Of a stretch of DNA of 64,000 bases, positions 1 to 14,010 are shown piece after piece. The notes beneath the pieces were generated by a model. It worked only from the letters and a program-made list of their open reading frames with translations, made no database searches and had not been told where the DNA came from. Both the position numbers and the translations under genes were made by a program. How positions within the stretch are numbered: position 1 is the stretch's first letter; the number at the start of each line of letters is the position of its first letter. Origin of the DNA: Callorhinchus milii (taxonomy: Eukaryota); NCBI RefSeq assembly GCF_018977255.1, contig NW_024704742.1, positions 88,104,001 to 88,168,000 on the forward strand, given 5' to 3'.

Positions 1-83
1 TTTAAAAAAGGTATTTTCCTCCTGCTGCTTGGTTACAGGAATGGATCTGATCTGCCTTTCCTGGTTATTTTGTTGGTGTAAGT

Positions 84-301
84 CAGTGGTGGCCAATCCC
101 AGGCCTGTGGGTCACTTTTGGCCCATGACAGCATAAAAAAAAGCCCACTGAACATTCAAACTAGTCTAGGTAAGTCTGTGTTAAATCAATATTTTGTTTT
201 CAGTAGTTAATGAGTAACAATATTTATGGTATGGCCATTAATCAAGAAATATTCAATCAAGAAAAATGTATTTGGTTGGCCGACCAAAAAGCCGACCACT
301 G
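84..301. mobile_element. hAT (Charlie-like) MITE, 218 bp
   Basis: Termini CAGTGGT...ACCACTG; perfect 8-bp TSD GTGTAAGT at 76-83 and 302-309. Confidence 0.85.
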
Positions 302-820
302 GTGTAAGTGGTACAGTTTTGTATGCAACTTATGGCGAGCAGTCTAGTGCAGAGTAATAAACACAGTCACTCCATTTTACAGTATATTCCGCAAAGCACT
401 TCATGAGACATCTCAATGACATGATAAGGTGCTATACAAATGGAAGGATTATTTAAATTTCCTGGCACTCTAGAAAGGTGTATGATCAGATCCAATTTAT
501 TGGGCTGTTTTTTGACTGTGCCAATGTCCTAAGTTTGTCTCAAATACTTGAAATATTCTGCCCGACACCGCAACAATGATGGTGAATCATACTCCATTTG
601 AAATTCACCTCTACCCTTTGTGTGGGGATCTAGCCTGCCTGTAGCATTTCTGTTCAGTTTGGCTACTCAGGGGACTTGCATTTCATTCAGTTATGCAATT
701 GACTAATGCAATATGAAACAAGCAAGTAGATCATAGCCAAGTTAACAAGTCAGTTTGGAAAATAGGGGTAAAATATATCCTTATGGGGTTCCAATATAGT
801 AATGGCTCTAAATAATATAT

Positions 821-1177
821 AATAATAATCTTTGCATTTGATGTAGTGCTTTATCATGTCTTTGTGACGCCTCAAAGCGCTTCACAGAATATACTGTAAA
901 GTGAATTGACTGTATATTTACGAACAAAGTGCAGCCAATTTTGCACAGCCGTGTCCCATACCAGTTGTTGAGTGACCAATTTTTTTTAAAAAAGGAACTA
1001 TTACCCCTGGAAAAGTGATCCATGATCAACCAACAAATGGTTTCCTACTTAATGCTAGGTAAACAGAGGTGTGTGGAGTAAGGAAACTTGCCTTACATTT
1101 TGTCCTGCCCAGGAATTGAACCCAGGTCCTCTTGCTTGCGAGGCGAGCATACTAACCACTAAGCTGCAAGACTCCAC
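821..1177 (-). mobile_element. tRNA-derived SINE, long subtype
   Basis: tRNA-like head with A/B boxes, shared body and (TTA)n tail; same family as many copies in the window. Confidence 0.9.
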
Positions 1178-2692
1178 ATTATCTAATCCCTTCAGAATTG
1201 TTTTTAAAGTATTTTCTCCTCAGAAACTGTAGAAAATAAACATTATTATATACATGTACAGTATAAACACACGCACAGGATTTTTGGTGACATTGTCTCT
1301 GATTAATGACCACTGAGATCATGCCATATTGGATTTTAAATTCTCTGGTTTCTTCTATTTGGAGGCTCACTTTATTTTCTTCTCCTTTCTCCCCTCACAT
1401 GATTCTCCATACAATGTAGTGTCTGGCCAAGAGGATGGGTGGCAATCTTGTTCTCAGAACATAGTTAATGACCCTCTGGGCTGGACTAGCTGCCTGTTAA
1501 GCAGAGGAGTTAAGCCAGTTGGAAAGGCCATTTCTTTCCCCATTTGGAGGCAATGGGGAATCTGTTCTGTAACTCCCCATACAGCACAGCTTTGATAGAA
1601 ACCCAGCAGGGGCAGAATTGGGCAAATGCCACATTACTCTGAGGGACAGCACATTAGTGCTTCTATCAGTAGATGGATTGATAGGACCCCACCCCCACTG
1701 CTGAATTATGTTGGTAGCTTAAAACCACTGGTGTTTGAGTGAAGAATGAAACGGGAGTTTCGCAGTAGCTACAAATTCTTTCAAAAGTCATTTCACATTA
1801 CACATATTGCACTGCTGAGGAGGGAGGTTTTAAACAACTGAGAAATCACATTTTTATATAAAGGAAGATCCCAGGTGTTAAAATTACTTTTGACACCAGT
1901 GTAACTACTGATTACGCGAAAACAATATTTAACATATTATGCCACCCTGGAAGCGGCGATAAACCCATCTTCACGCTGGCTTCAGACAGAATAAAAAAAC
2001 ATATTCAGAACTGTTGAATCTATTACTGTACACCACAAACCAAAAATAGTGAGACTGATCTGTGCTGCTGTTATTGATGCACTCAGCATAGTTGCTACGG
2101 GAGATTCAATGCTCTGGTGCTGCGAGGAGTCAGTTGCTACGCAACACAAAGAACACACTATGAAGCTAAAGAATACAGTTGGGCCCTTGGCCTCAATTCT
2201 GCCTCATAAACGTCATATATACTGAAGTTAGAGTTTACTCTAACTAGTGCTGAATCCTGTTTACACCATTTTCTAATTTTAAGATTTTACAATCTTCACC
2301 TGAGAAAAGCTATAGTTCTTTCTCAGGCTTCAAGCACATTAAGTCACACTTTTCTATAAACCTCTGTGCAAGATTAACACCAAAGCTGTTGGGACTGGTG
2401 AAATGTTGGCAAGTTTTCTTTAGTTTTCAATCCTTTTAAATGTCACTACCCCTTTTTATAAGATTCCCTCCTTCCCCAAGTACTGTTACTTGACCAAGAG
2501 AGGAGAGTAACCTTCTGTCAAGTCTCTGCCAATGGCTGCTAGGTGGCATGCAAGAGCAGCCTAGGCTTTTGGAGATAAGTATGACAAATAGGCACTTCAC
2601 TGCTGGAGGAAATTGAGCACCACTCCACTTCTCATCACCAGACCACTTCTCACCAATGAATGGTTTAACGCATTGGTATACCATTATACTAT

Positions 2693-3090
2693 TTTTTGTG
2701 GTCAATCGGGTGTCTGACACACATCGTCCATCACAATGCTTCAGAGTATCTAACCAAACTGAAAATTCTATGCATCCCACCTACGTGGAAATCCCACCTA
2801 CCCATGGAAATCCCACCTACCCATGGAAATCCCACCTACCCATGGAAATCCCACCTACCCATGGAAATCCCACTTACCCATGGAAATCCCACCTACCCAT
2901 GGAAATCCCACCTACCCATGGAAATCCCACCTACCCATGGAAATCCCACCTACCCATGGAAATCCCACCTACCCATGGAAATCCCACCTACCCATGGAAA
3001 TCCCACCTACACATGGTTGGAATGGAATGCGCACTCTCTCCCTGGAGGGACACATCCTGCTTACATAATTTCGAAAAGTATTAGGCGCAT
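2693..3090 (-). mobile_element. Unclassified interspersed repeat (family U) hosting the minisatellite
   Basis: Flanks match copies at 23360, 25389 and 46765 (gtgtctgacac...gagtatc...accaaactga; ggaatgg...cactctc...gagggac). Confidence 0.75.
2776..3016 (+). repeat. 19-bp minisatellite (CCCACCTACCCATGGAAAT) x ~12
   Basis: Head-to-tail near-identical units without spacers; explains the repetitive ORFs in three frames. Confidence 0.95.
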
Positions 3091-5585
3091 TATACTACGT
3101 GCTACCATAATGAAAGTCAACAGGTGGTCTTACCAAGACACTAGCCGTCACTATCTTCCAGCTTTCTTTTCTAAACAAAAATACGTTATGAGTATTTCAA
3201 AACACATTGTGTTGGTATTTTTTTAAAAAAGGTTCCTGATAAATTTATTGAACTTAGAAAACTAGTAAAATAGAGACTTCTCAAAGTATTGAGCTGCTTT
3301 TTCAGTGTCAAGTATCTCAGGAAAATCAGCCTCTCTTCAATGATGTTCTAAACTTAACTGCCTCATTTCTGCATATACAACTTCATGGTATAGACTGCTA
3401 AAGCTTCAAATATCCCTCCACACTACATAAAACACAAGATACAAATACCATGTTTAAAGTGAATGAAAGAAAAAAATATTATTGTGCCTATAGTGTCAAA
3501 AAGAATCAAATATTTCACAGTAATTATTGTCAGATTTAGTGAGTTTTTCATATACAAACTCATTATTGTTTCGGTATTGGAGGGAGTAATGATGAAACAA
3601 TAGGCTAGAAAAAAATATATAGAAAATCCTTGACTGTGTTGCCAATGCTGGCAGCTGAGTTGATTACACAGCAGTTGACTGGGTCTCCATTTAGTGTACT
3701 TGACTTGAACAGTTCTGACATTCGAACTTCAAATACAAAGAAAAATCCCAACATATCTAAAGGTGCATAGAAATAAATCTTCTCTTCTTTCCTCATCACC
3801 ATTATAGGATCAACCAGGCCAGCAAGTTCCCTTCTACTGCGAATCTTACTTAAGGTTACTAAAGGCAGCAGTACCATAGCCATTAAGTTTTGGGTATTAT
3901 CCATGTAATTTTTAAGTAATTATACATGTAATTTCAGGCCTTTAAATTTAACATTTCTTGATGGAAGTTTCTTGTTACATTCCCTCCCAATCATTTCTCT
4001 CCTGAGGCCTTGGCACTATGGTTGCATCCCTGTTCTAAAACTCTGGTTAAAGACCTTGCAGGAACATTTCAGTGACGCAGGTAGATCAAGTATCTGGTGT
4101 TATTGAAGCAGATTTTCAAAATGAAAATCTGCCTCAATAACAGCAGATTAGAGGGAGCCATGAGGATCAAAATTCAAGATGGCAGCAGAGTGGCAGCCTC
4201 CAGGAGCCATACAGCAAGCAGCAACTGGCTGACAGGTACATTTATGCCAGTGATAATTAAGGAATTAATTGGAGATATACCATGATGCATTTCTTGTGAA
4301 ATATGTATCAAAAAGAACAAGTTGTGAAACATTGCCAATCTCACCTCAGTTTCATTATGTGGTTTCCACAACTTATTTACATCATTTATTGATACTGATT
4401 TTTATATTTATATAAAATATAATTATAAAAATCAATAAATAACTGTTTATACTTCATATGCATTTAATTCTATCCCTTCAATAAAAGCTTATTGGAAAAG
4501 TGAATACAACCATAAACCATTTTTTTTCAATAGAATTATTTTTTCAATTGAACATGAAAAACAGAATGTATGCAGCAATTATTAACCTCAGATTAAATTG
4601 CATTGAATTTTTTGGTAAATGACAAATTTAGTCAGTCTTTGATTCATAAATAAAGGACACATTAGCTTTCACTCTAACAATGTTGTATGCATCAAGAACT
4701 AATAAATGGGGACTGTGGGAATGACTACAATTGCCAGTCTAATTCAGGTGACAATAAATTGTTCTTATTGTTTATAAAACCCTGAATGAGACACTGCCAC
4801 CCACCCCTTTGCTCTGTAATCGTGAGAATGAAATTCCTTGTCGCTAATGTAACAACCATGGTGAAAATTGAACTTTCCTGTTCCAAATGTACATCATTTA
4901 AGATACTGGACTTGGTTGCAAGAGGAATTTCTCATCTCTTATGATACCAGCGCAAAGTCAGTAATACTACAATAATTGTCTAGTGTGATTACCAATAAAG
5001 GCTTTATAGAACAATCTGCTACTAAAGTGCTGTACCCATTGTATGATTCCATATATCTTTAACTTCTGCATCACTAAAAAATTATTATTCTTTCACTTAT
5101 GTCATGCTATCTGCCTCAACTATGCTAAATGCACTTGTTGCATGAAAGCAATTTAAATGGAGAACATTTTAATAAGTCTATGTTACATACAACAATAAAC
5201 AGTAGTGAGTTTTATTCATTTGTTCTTGTGTTCTCTCCTGTAATTAAAACCACTTGATTAGAATCACTTGACTGATCGAGATCCTTGAAACTTATTGTCA
5301 GCCATATATTATCCTGTATTCCTTTGTCTGTACAGTGGCTGGCATTGCTAGATTAATGTTATTTGTCACAGAGTAATTGGAAGCATCTTTGCCCATGCCT
5401 TTTCAACAGGCATGTTCTTTGGAAGAAATGTGGCCCAATTGGGAAATGAAGGGCAACCCTGAGATGAGATGGTAAGGAGCAGGAAGATCAAAGCATGCAG
5501 TGGCAAGTTCTTTCAACATCTATACATTGTATCACATCTACTGCCCAAATTACTATCATAGTGGTATGGCTATCATTTCCGATTT

Positions 5586-5744
5586 CGTCGATTGAAAATG
5601 ACCAAATTATTATTTTTTTTGGAGGGATTATTATTAGGTGTGTGGAGTAAGGAAACTTGCCCAAGGTTTCGCCCTGCCTGGAATTGAACCCAGGTGTTTT
5701 GCTTGCAAGGCGAGTGCTCTAACCACTGAGCTACAGGACTCCAC
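5586..5744 (-). mobile_element. tRNA-derived SINE, 5' half
   Basis: Reverse complement of the GTGGAGTCCTGTAGCTCAGTGGTTAGAGC head. Confidence 0.9.
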
Positions 5745-5864
5745 ATTAGTAAGTAGGAACACGGTTGTCAGTCGATTACCAGATCGCTTTCTGGGGTAAT
5801 AATCCCTTAAAAAATTGGTCACTCAATCCACGATTGTTTGCAGGACACTGCTATGCGCAATTGT

Positions 5865-6505
5865 TAAAAAAAGCATACGGGAAACTAGGCTTCATAAATA
5901 GGGGGATAGAATACAAAAGTCAGGAAGTTATGATAAACCTTCATAAAACCCTGGTTAGGCCTCTGCGAGAGTACTGTGTTCAGTTCTGGGCACCACACTT
6001 TAGGAAGGATATCAAGGCTTTGGAGAGGGTGCAAAGGAGATTTACCAGGATGGTACCAGGAATGAGGGACTTCAGTTATCAGGAGAGGCTAGAGAAGCCA
6101 GGATTATTCTCCTTGGAGCAGGGAAGGTTAAGAGGAGACTTAATAGAAGTTTTCAAAATTATGAGGGGATTCGATAGGGTGAACAAGAAGGAACTATTTC
6201 CATTAGCGGGTGGATCGGCAAACCCGAGGGCACCGATTTAAAATAGTTGTTAAAACAGAGGGGAGGTGAGGAGAAATGTTTTCACGCAGCAAGTTGTTTG
6301 GATCTGGAATGCATTGCCTGAAAGGGTGGTGGAAGCCGATTCAATAACAACTTTTAAGAGAGAAGTAGATAATTATTTGGAGAGGGCAGGGTTTGCAGGG
6401 TTGTGGGGAGAGAGTGGGGGAGTGGGACCGAATTGGATAACTCTTTTCAAAGAGATGGCACAGACACAATGGACTAAATGGCCTCCTGTGCTGTATAATT
6501 CTATG
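5865..6505 (+). mobile_element. CR1 LINE 3' fragment inserted into a SINE (SINE parts 5747-5864 and 6506-6620)
   Basis: ORF2 C-terminal motifs (LVRPLREYCVQFWAPH, LERVQRRFTRM, RLRGDLIEVFKIM), TTCTATG tail, candidate TSD AATTGT at 5859-5864 and 6506-6511. Confidence 0.9.
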
Positions 6506-6590
6506 AATTGTCTGTCGTGTTTCGCCCACAAAATACACAGTCAATTCACTTTACAATATATTCTGTGAAGCGCTTTGAGATATCTCAACG

Positions 6591-6615
6591 NNNNNNNNNN
6601 NNNNNNNNNNNNNNN
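6591..6615. other. Assembly gap (25 N)
   Basis: Run of N inside a SINE tail. Confidence 0.99.
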
Positions 6616-9600
6616 GGATTATCTTGTATTTATCTGCATTCAAGTCCATCTGCTTAATTAATGTAGATCTTTATATTCACCTGCCTACACAGCTTGGTAA
6701 TATTAAAAAAAGAAATATTTTTTCCGAGTCATTTACAAATAATTCTTAAAAAAATTCTACTCCATCTGTCATTTCTACAGATGTGTGTGTTTGCTTTCTT
6801 TCTATTATGCTCTCCAAATTTGAGCATCTGTTTTTGGCCATTCACCTTACTTACAAGTGAAAGGCTTATTTTGCTATCATGAGAGCTTCAGAAAGTAGGG
6901 TAAGCACATGCTACTTGATAAAAAAAAATGTGTTGTGCGTTGGAGTGAGTAGGCTTAAAGAACCGTACACCTAATCTTGGTTTCTTGTTCCTGCCAGTGA
7001 GAGCTTCTTATTTGCTTTAATCTTCCTGTGAGTGACATGTGGGCACTCCTGTGAATTCTTTTTTCAATTAAAAGGGAACAAATGCAGTTATTGTAAATAA
7101 CAAAGTACTGGAGTTTGCTGGGATTTGTTTAACCATACTTAGAACTGGGGTACTTGGGAAAAGCTTAATTTTGTCAAAAGCAGTATATCATCCAAGGTAT
7201 TTTTTGAACCTTCCAAGAATTGTCCTAGCAAATACTGTATATTTTCACTCTTCATTAATGTTGTTGCTGCTGTTATTACTACAGGCTATAAGAGTTTATA
7301 CAAATACCAGGATGTTCACCAGACTTAAGGGGGAATTGCAAATATTAAGATGAAAGTCAAGCTTGTGCTGTATATTTAAGGGAATACATCAAAGAAATTT
7401 CAGAAAACTATTACAGTTCTGGTTTTGATAAGCTTGTGTAATATGTGGAAGTAGTTTTTATTTCCATCTAATTAAATCAAATTATTTTCCCATTTCTTGC
7501 ACTCGCTGTAGAATTGCTGTCCCAGAGTGGTCTGATTTGTTTGTTCGTTTAATTAAGCACATTGTATCAAGATGTCCTTACTATTTAAATATTCAGGACA
7601 TCATTTTATGAATCAAATGCATATCTTTAGACGCACGTGAATTCTCACATAAGCATTATATATTTGATCTCCCCCCTGCAGAATACATGCCCTACATTCC
7701 CATTACAGCAAAAATTGCTTTATTAAACAAATCAACAAATCCTGGCCTTAACCACAACTGCTTAAAAAGTTTGCCTAGAAAAATACACTCTATCAACTTG
7801 CATTTATATAACGTTCCTCACGCAGAGCTTCACGCAGCTTACAGTAGATTCTGTGAAACGCTTTGAGATTTCTTGATGATGTGATAGGCACTGTTATCAA
7901 ATACAAGGATTATTATAAATATATGCATTTTATATGTAACTCAGGCATTTCAATTTTGTTTGGAGAATTTTATGGGGAAAATTATACAACAATAACAAAA
8001 CTACATTTGTATAGTGCCTTTCACGTCGGGAGGACGTCTCAAGATGCTGAAATCATTTTGTGTATCACATTTTAAAATGTAAAAAAAGGCCTGGTTATCA
8101 TACAAAAGATCACAGCCAACCAAGTAAAGCATTATAAATTTTGGGGGTGCTTTTGAGATGAATCCTAGGAGCTTTTTAATGCTCTCATGATTCTTCATTT
8201 GATTAAAACTAAAGTAATCTATCATTGTAATTAGAACAAAGATTGGATATTGAGCACTTTGAACCAAAAATTCAAATCTCAAGTTATTTGTTAAACTACA
8301 TTAGCATCATTTAAATTAGAATTTTGAATATAATCCCATCTGACGAAAGTTTAATTAAGCTCAAAATGTCACTTCTCGGTTGCTGCTGGCTTGTCTAGAG
8401 ACGAGCAAGGAGCAGAGCAAATGCTTCACTGAAGATAAAGGGAACTGCAGTAAATGTTTAAAGGATGCCTTTCACTGGGCTTGGTTATATGAAGTCAATA
8501 GAATTGGATTCTTTGACTAGTTTGAAACCAGTCTAAAATGCCCAAATGTTTCTATTCTGTTCACATATACAGCAGTTGATGAAATGTGGAAAATAAAGCA
8601 TGTCTTGTGAATTTGCATGTTCGTCAAGTTAAGGAATGTGAGCAGTGAGTGACTAAATATTTTTTCACTTGTGTGTCAGCATTGAAGCATTCCAAAGATA
8701 GGCATAACACATTAAGTAAACCTCCTTTTATTCTGCCCTACAATTAGGGATAGTCCCAACTTCAAAGCGCTGAAAATCATAATAGTCTTACTCTAAAACC
8801 ATAAATTAAAATTTTAATATTGTCTTGAATTTTGGATCATTCCCAAGTATATAAAAAGCATTGTGGAAAACCAGCTTCAAAACTATGATTACATTTTTCA
8901 AAATTCTGCATAATTTGACACTAGATAAACACTTGTCCACTTTCTGTGGACAAATCTTTTAACTATTCTGAACAAGATCTTGACAGCTAAATCACAAGGA
9001 ACAAAAGACACACATTCAGCCATCCAGCTTGTTCTGCCATCTTATTAAATCAAGACAGATATTTTAAAGCCATTTCTCTACCTTTTCTTCATTTTCTTGA
9101 ACACCCTTATTTCATAAGTATCTTCCACAGTAACTAGTGAGCTAGTCATAAAACATCTATTTTGCAACAACTTTAATGCCACAGCACATGCAAATAGTGT
9201 TGCAAGATTTATGGATAATCTCTAGTATATTGCACATTATTGTTCATAAATTCATTAAACATATTGGGTTATACATAATTATCACACGGCATAATAGTAA
9301 TATAGTACAATTTTGTTACCATGTGCTTATCTGTCTCCCTCTTGCTCATTATTGCTATAGGTTAAGAGTCGTTCATACAAATTTCTAGCAGTTCACCAAA
9401 AGTGTGCCTCGAGTGAATTTACTTTATAAATTATAGTAATTATAGGGTAGTTTCCCTGTTGCTCACAAGGACTGTATCAATAATCTCCATATTTTTTGTG
9501 TGAAACTCAATATATAGAGATAGCAGCAACAACAGATCAGAAACAGAAAAAAATAGTAAGGTAAAAGAGCATCAATGGTAATGCATTACACATGTGTGGC

Positions 9601-10187
9601 AGCTCTGTGACAATCTACATGTAATAATATCTCCAGAATGTTTTTAATGTATTTCTTGTAGATCAGATTATCTTTGAGAAGAGATGACATTTGGAGAGAG
9701 AATAAAATCAACAAGAACAGTGGAGACGGCCACAATTGATATAACCTAGTTTGGATTTAGGTTTTTCATCTTTTGTTCATGTAAATGTTTTACCTGACTT
9801 ATGTATAATAGTAATTATCCTTGCATTTTGTTATAGCGCCTTATCACAATGTCTTGAAGCGCTTCACAGAATATATAGGAAGTGGATTGGCTGTATATTT
9901 TGTGGGTGAAATGCGGCAAATACATATATATATATATATATTTATTTTGGGGAGGGATTATTACCCCCGGAAAGCAATCTGCCAATCGACTAACAAGTTC
10001 TAGTATGAATCAAATGCATTATGATGGCCAAAGTGAAGGGTTTCATATCAATTTTTGGTGCTGATCATAACTCAATTAGGATCTCATCACCCTTGAGTTA
10101 TCAGGTCAGTTACATCAGAGCATATAAATCACATCTTTATCAATGTCGTTCAGTGATTTCGTATCAACCTGCTTTGAGAGAGCTGTA

Positions 10188-10365
10188 CAACAACAACAAC
10201 AAGATTCCATTTATAAAGCGCCTTTCACGTCAGGAGGACGTCCCAAGGCGCTGCACAATTGGGTCAGGACCCGAGCAGGGGGGAAATGGTCAGGGTGAGG
10301 GGAGGGAAGAGAGGGAGCGAGGAGGGGGGAAATGGTCAGGGTGAGGGGAGGGAAGGGAGGGAGCA
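10188..10365 (-). mobile_element. Short L2-type 3' tail fragment
   Basis: (CAA)n followed by cctttcacgtcaggaggacgtcccaaggcgc; near-identical to 15706 and 61769. Confidence 0.85.
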
Positions 10366-11829
10366 AGTAGTTAACGTTAGCATATTTTTATGAAGTTAAA
10401 ACTATTTATTAAAATACATTTACTCAATCTTCTTTCCATTTTTACTTTAGAAACATAATTCATAATGGGGAACAGTTGGGAACTTAAATGAGTTCCACTT
10501 GTAAGTGACAAATTCATAGTTCACCAGAACCTGTGTTCAGCTCATTAAATCTCCTTTACTGCATTAGCAGAAACTTGCTTAGGCTGTACGATTTATTTTT
10601 CCTGTATAAGCCATAAATAGAAAACTTTAAGCTCATTCAATGAAATTGTAAATCTATTTTGGCAATTGCAGTGTTTTTCCTAAATTGTTATTTCTACTCA
10701 CAATGCAGATATTTCCTGCTTTATGGTACTTACACTATAATACTTTATAGCAGGTAAGATTCAACATTAGTTAAAGCACAAACCTTTTTTATGAATGTGA
10801 GATTCAAGTAAATTGTTTTAAACGTGTACATATAAAAAAAATTGTTAGACTTTTCAGACCTCATGCACCAGAAAATCTAATCCAGTAAGGAGTGAAATAC
10901 CCTACACTATATAGGTACAGTTGATTCAAATAAGAACCCTGAAAAGCAGGTGGGGAGGTATTGATCAGCATACTGAAAGGTAAGCTGCATCTATAATTAG
11001 CTTTCACATGATGAGCTTGAAATACAGCCGTCAGTTTTAAAAAAAAATGTCTGTTGCAGTTTATTTGTGTTGTAATTTTGTTCATTTCAAGGAAATGAAC
11101 CAAAACCCAGTTGGTTTTGTGCATAGATTCCACTTTAGTACAACAAAGGCATTCAGTTCACCCAGTTCTGCAGGCTGAGACTTGCCCAAACAAGTACCTA
11201 ATAATAAAGATGTTACAATATTGTTCAGTAGGACTGCTGTTGTGTACAGCGAGTGAAAATTGTGTATTAATCTGAAACTATTGACCTTTACTGTATGGTA
11301 CAGTAATGAGCACAATAAACAAATAAAGTCATTTGTTTGCACGTCTGTTCTTATTGATTTTACATTTTGTCTTTTGTAGGGCCTCTTTGAAAGGTAAAGA
11401 ATGCTTTGTTTTCCAGTACACTAAAATGTACTTACATTATATCCCGTCAGAGATTACGTTGAAAAATAAATGCTTGAACTGCTGTTAGCTCATGGCAACG
11501 CTAACTTGCACTGTTATGCATTCCTAAAATTCAGCAGGGGGTATACAGACAGTTAGTAGTTACCCCACAAAAACAATTGGGACTACATTACTGTAATCAT
11601 TTCTGCTCCAGAAATGAGTCACCTTGTGAATTTGTATAGATTATGTTTTAAATTTAGCAGAATTGGTAATGTCCTGATAGTTGAGAGTAGTGAGACTTTC
11701 AAAGCCTTTTTTATTCAGCAATAATAAATGGTATGAAAAATAAAGGCTACATCATCACTTAAGATAATACTTGCATTTGATATAGCGCTTTATCATGTCT
11801 TCGAGATGTCTCAAAGTGCTTCACAGAAT

Positions 11830-12392
11830 ACAACAACAAAATGACATTTGTATAGCGCCTTTCATGTCAGGAGGATGTCCCAAGGCGCTGGACAGACAGA
11901 GTTACGGACCTGAGCTGAGGGTTGGGGTGGGGGAGGCTGGAGAGCAGTTGGGGAAGCAGGGAGATCGAAAGCACGGTCAAAGAGGAGTGTCTTGAAGGTG
12001 GAGAGGGAGGGGGCGAGATGGAGGGACTGCGGGATGGAGTTCCAGAGGGTGGGTGCAGAGTAGCGGAAGGTCTGCCCGCCGAGAGTGGCCAAGCAAGGCG
12101 GGGGACGTGAAGCAGGCCAGAGCCTGCTGAGCGGAGGGAGCAAATAGGGTGTTAGGAGGTCGGATAGGCAAGTGGGAGCAAGACCATGGAGGGCTTTGAA
12201 GGTGAGAACCAGGATCTTGAACTGTATCCTCTGTGTGATGGGAAGCCAGTGGAGTTGGGCAAGGATGGGGGTGGTAGTGTTGCGGAGGCTGGTGCGGGAG
12301 AGGACACGGGCTGCAGAGTTCTGGATGATCTGCAGCCCGTTGGGGGGGGGGGATGGGGGGGTTTGGAGAGGCCGACAAGCAGTGAGTTTGTA
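11830..12392 (-). mobile_element. L2 LINE 3' fragment inserted into a SINE (SINE parts 11764-11829 and 12393-12679)
   Basis: Translation LQIIQNSAARVL...LAQLHWLPITQRIQFKILVLTFKALHGLAP, typical of the L2 ORF2 C-terminus. Confidence 0.9.
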
Positions 12393-12689
12393 TACGCTGT
12401 AAAGTGAATTGACTACTTTGTGGGTGAACCGCGGGAGCCAATTGCGCACAGCAGTGTCCCACAAACAGTCGTAGATTGAGTAACAACATTTTTTACTTTT
12501 TTTAAAAAAGGAATTATCTCTGGAAATGTGATCCACTAACAACTGGGTTCCGACTTACTGCTAGGTAAACAGAGGCTTGTGGAGTAAGGAAACTTGCCTA
12601 ACGTTTCGCCCTGCCAGGAATCAAACCCAGGTCCTCTCACTTGTGAGGCGAGTACTCTAATCACTGAGCTACAGGACTCAAAAGTGGTG

Positions 12690-13100
12690 CACACCATAAA
12701 AGCATCAGGACGTATAAACAAAGAGAATGTTGCTCGGTTCCAGTGGCTCCCAATCATCGAATGGATCAATTTCAGGATCCTCTCACTCATTTTCAAATCC
12801 CTTCATGCCCTTGCAACTCCCTACCTATCTGACCTAGTTACCTTTCACTCCACCACCCGGCTGCCTCTGCTCAGGTGGCTCCGGTCTCTTTTTTGTCTCT
12901 TGTGCCCTCCTTTCTTTTCTATCCCACTGCCTTGCCTCCTCCCTCCCCACCATCAAATCCCACCTGAAGACCTTCCTTTTTGATTATTCTTACAGTTGCC
13001 TCCCGCTCCCACTGGCCCGTTGTCAGAGTCCGCCACTGTAAAGCGCTCCAGGACGCTACCCTGGATGAAGGGCACTATATCAATGCTATATGAATTGGTG
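12690..13100 (+). mobile_element. Decayed L2 3' fragment
   Basis: FQWLPIIEWINFRILSLIFKSLHALATPYLSDL followed by a tail-like sequence. Confidence 0.75.
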
Positions 13101-13424
13101 TTCTTGTTACTTGCTCAGGTTTCCCTCATTGCCTGCATCTGCCACTCTTTCTTCTCCAGGCATACCTACACTCTTATTTGAGACCCCCCTCCACCCCACA
13201 TGAAAAGTGCTACATTATTGTCAAACGTATTGTATCTGTACGGAATCCAATTCGGCTCTATTCCTAAAGATGAGCAACTACAGCAACTGTCAGGTGTAAC
13301 AACATTTGTGCCAACTATGAGGGAAAATTAAATGAGAATATTCACAGTCAATGTACTCTGTATCCCTTTTGATGCCGAACATTTATGCCTCCAACAGTAA
13401 AATTTATACCTACCATACGTAAAG

Positions 13425-14010
13425 ATGACTCAGTTGGTAGCACTCTCACCTCTGAGTCAGAGCTTGTGGTTTCAAGCCGCATATTGGGACTTTGAGGCTA
13501 ACATTCCAATGTAGGTCCACTCCCTCCTTTCAGCAGGTTCTGCCTGGCCCGCTCCACCATCAGTGGTCAGGCCTTCAGCATCTCTGCCCCCACCCTTTAG
13601 AACTCCATCCCATGGTCCCTTCCCTTTGCTCCCTTCCTTGCCTCATTCAAGGAACTTCTCAAGACCCTCCTCTTCGACCGTGCCTTTGGTCACCCTCCTC
13701 ACCTGCCCTCCACCCCTCCTGAACCCAACCTCCTGCTCGGGTCCAAATTCCTAACTGTCCAACACCTTCGCACATCCTCCCGACATCAAAGGGCTATACA
13801 AATCTAATTTGTCGTTGTGGGTTACTCCCAGTGTCTTGGCCAACAATCTCCCAGATGATATTGGTCATTCACATCATGGCTATTTATGTGATTAGAGCTA
13901 TGTGCAAATTGGCTGCCACATTTGCCTACAAAATACACAGTTGCTACACTTTAAAATCCTGTGAAGCACTTTGAGCCGGCCTCTGTGAAAGGTGCTGTAT
14001 TAAGGCTCAA
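13425..14010 (+). mobile_element. Old Deu-type tRNA SINE with a nested L2 3' fragment (~13515-13815)
   Basis: Head gactcagttggtagcactctcacctctgagtcag; Deu-like ggtcatt...gtgcaaattggctgcc segment resumes after the L2 piece. Confidence 0.65.

Noticed and set aside
2776..3016. CRISPR-like array or repeat protein
   Set aside because: Units are contiguous with no spacers; eukaryotic context; all three frames give the same 19-aa repeat.
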